The notes under the pieces were generated by a model, which saw only the letters and a program-made list of their open reading frames with translations, did no database searches and was not told where the DNA came from. From the NCBI GenBank assembly GCA_009602735.1, contig WELA01002318.1:582614-602613 (forward strand): DNA of 20,000 nucleotides. Direction: 5' to 3'. Made by a program: the position numbers and the translations under genes. This document shows positions 18,466 to 20,000 of the stretch, piece by piece (within the stretch, counting starts at the first letter, position 1; every line of letters begins with the position of its first letter). The stretch is from Mesotaenium endlicherianum (Eukaryota).

Positions 18466-19726
18466 ATGGGCCAACTACTCTGTAAGAATGCAATAACCGA
18501 CAATTGTCTTTTTGTTCATGGCTTCGAGATTGAGGATGGATTTGAAGCCCGTTGTTTTGTTCCTACAAATGTGCCGAGATATTGATTCCCCATTTGCTAT
18601 TATTTATCTCCTCCTGAATTTCACCAACTCTTGATCTTAATCTCGCAGATGTAGTCTCAGACTTCCAGCTTTCAGTATGGTGGACCTGCTCACGTATAGT
18701 AGTCCTATACCATTCCTGCATCTTGTGTGACATACAATGGAGAGGAACACGTAGAAGCCCACTGATTGATATTCTTCTTGGCTGAGTCAGCATGCTACAG
18801 CCAAGAAGGACGCCTATGAAAACCACTGATCACATGCTGCATTTTCATATTTTGCTTCTCTCTAATAGTAAAGGACTCAATCGCATGAGTCTGCCATGTA
18901 TAATCATGGTCTTTACAAACAATGCGGTATCAGAGGAAGTGAGAAGCCCTCATGGCTTTGACTTGAACGTGAGCACAGTAATGCAGTGACAAACTTAAAA
19001 AAATCAAGCTGGGTACATCAGTGAAGCTTCTCTTGCTCGTCCAAGAGGAAAAGGCCCACCGCAACACAACATGGTTCGCTGTCTTAACTTGACTTGTCAC
19101 GGTGGCGGGGGAAGCAGCACGGCAATTGAATAGACCGCAGCTGCAGCAGATGATCAACAAGGTCTTTAATCAATTGGCTTCTCCTCGAGGAGGCCAAGGG
19201 GAGCGCTTCTTGAGTCAGGCCGAGCTTTACATCGGGGTCCTGCTGGTATACAAGTACGTAAGATGTCTCTCCTTCGCCTTTCTTGCCTCCCTTCAGAGTT
19301 CCCGAGCGAGGCTCCTTTCCCCCATGTTTGTGTCAGTCTGAGGAATAGTCTGGAGTGTAATGGTACTTGAACTCCAGGCACCAGAGTCCTTTTCCGGGCT
19401 TTGTGGTCGCTTATTGGGCAGAATGCCACACCCCTTCAAGGGGTTAGGAACCGGGGGCTTACCCTTTTCCTTGCGGCATTAATGAGGGTGCAGCAGAATC
19501 GTGCAGTTTGTTGCAAGTTTCTTTCCTCCGAAATGACACCGGGAAAGAAGTCTTCACGGGTGCTGCTGCAGCGACGGTCGAAGTCACACATGCCTCCTGT
19601 GACTTACCTCTGCCGCGGGTGTGTGTGTGTGTGCGTGTGTGTTTGTGCAAAAGTGAAATCAACAAGATGCTCAAGGGGACACATGTCAGCCCACCATCGC
19701 AAGAGGAGGTTCAAAGACTGTTCCAG
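18466..19726 (+). CDS. 5' part of a small plant-type putative EF-hand calcium-binding protein with an N-myristoylation-like start; exons 18466-18481, 19118-19253, 19654-19726; continues beyond the window
   Basis: Phase-compatible joins give MGQLLSRQLNRPQLQQMINKVFNQLASPRGGQGERFLSQAELYIGVLLVYNEINKMLKGTHVSPPSQEEVQRLFQ (75 aa). ELYIxVLLVYNxINKxLxGxHxxPPS resembles a recalled plant family with a downstream EF-hand. The EF-hand loop itself is not in the window. Confidence 0.78.
19619..19642. repeat. (GT)n microsatellite upstream of the 19654 acceptor
   Basis: Directly visible. Confidence 0.9.
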
Positions 19727-20000
19727 GTATACCATCGATACTGCCATCCCGCCCGGCCTGTTGGTCTGTCCTGCAGGGTCACAGCCACGCGTGAAATGTG
19801 TGCTTCAGGAGCCCGTCGTTTTTCTACGATCTTTCAAAGGGCCTGGAGCAGAAAACAAGTGATGGGAGCTTTGTCTATCTAGGATTGATGTGCAGGCGCT
19901 GTCAGACACACCCTCATTCTCTTGCTCCAGCTTCGAGGTCTGGTATTCAAGTCTGCACTTGACACTTATCCTCTCCATTGTTTCTTCTTGTTGGGGGGGG

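Noticed and set aside
19931..20000. CTCCAG acceptor followed by an open frame as exon 4 of the EF-hand-like gene
   Set aside because: The translation LRGLVFKSALDTY has no DxDxxG loop, so the next exon probably lies beyond the window.
1..20000. CRISPR arrays, tRNA/rRNA genes, transposase or reverse transcriptase ORFs
   Set aside because: No regularly spaced repeats, cloverleaf-like or rRNA-like sequence, or DDE/YxDD-type coding regions were recognised by eye.

Overview
This window is eukaryotic genomic DNA from a draft assembly, with two N-gaps. It is GC-rich, has microsatellite-laden spliceosomal introns and carries plant-type genes, so a streptophyte green alga is a plausible source (inference only). 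The ORF track is mostly misleading because the genes are split. Manual splice-phase reconstruction gives three genes. (1) On the minus strand at 148->1 is the 5' end of a plant-type long-chain-alcohol oxidase (FAO)-like gene, absent from the ORF track. (2) Head-to-head with it is a 19-exon plus-strand gene (2159-17083, 5334 nt CDS, about 1777 aa). It encodes a ZRANB3/CHR14-type SNF2 annealing helicase with a C-terminal HNH endonuclease and an N-terminal SMARCAL1-like RPA-binding motif. (3) Three 5' exons of a small, probably myristoylated (MGQLLS) protein resembling a plant EF-hand family start at 18466 and run off the window. A candidate 426-bp TIR element (hAT/MITE-like) lies between the divergent genes. 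The most striking pattern is intron architecture. Most 3' splice sites have G- or purine-rich tracts instead of polypyrimidine tracts. Several introns have C/T-rich 5' ends complementary to G/A-rich 3' ends, including a perfect 23-bp duplex in intron 5, suggesting structure-assisted splicing. All family assignments come from recalled motifs, not database searches.
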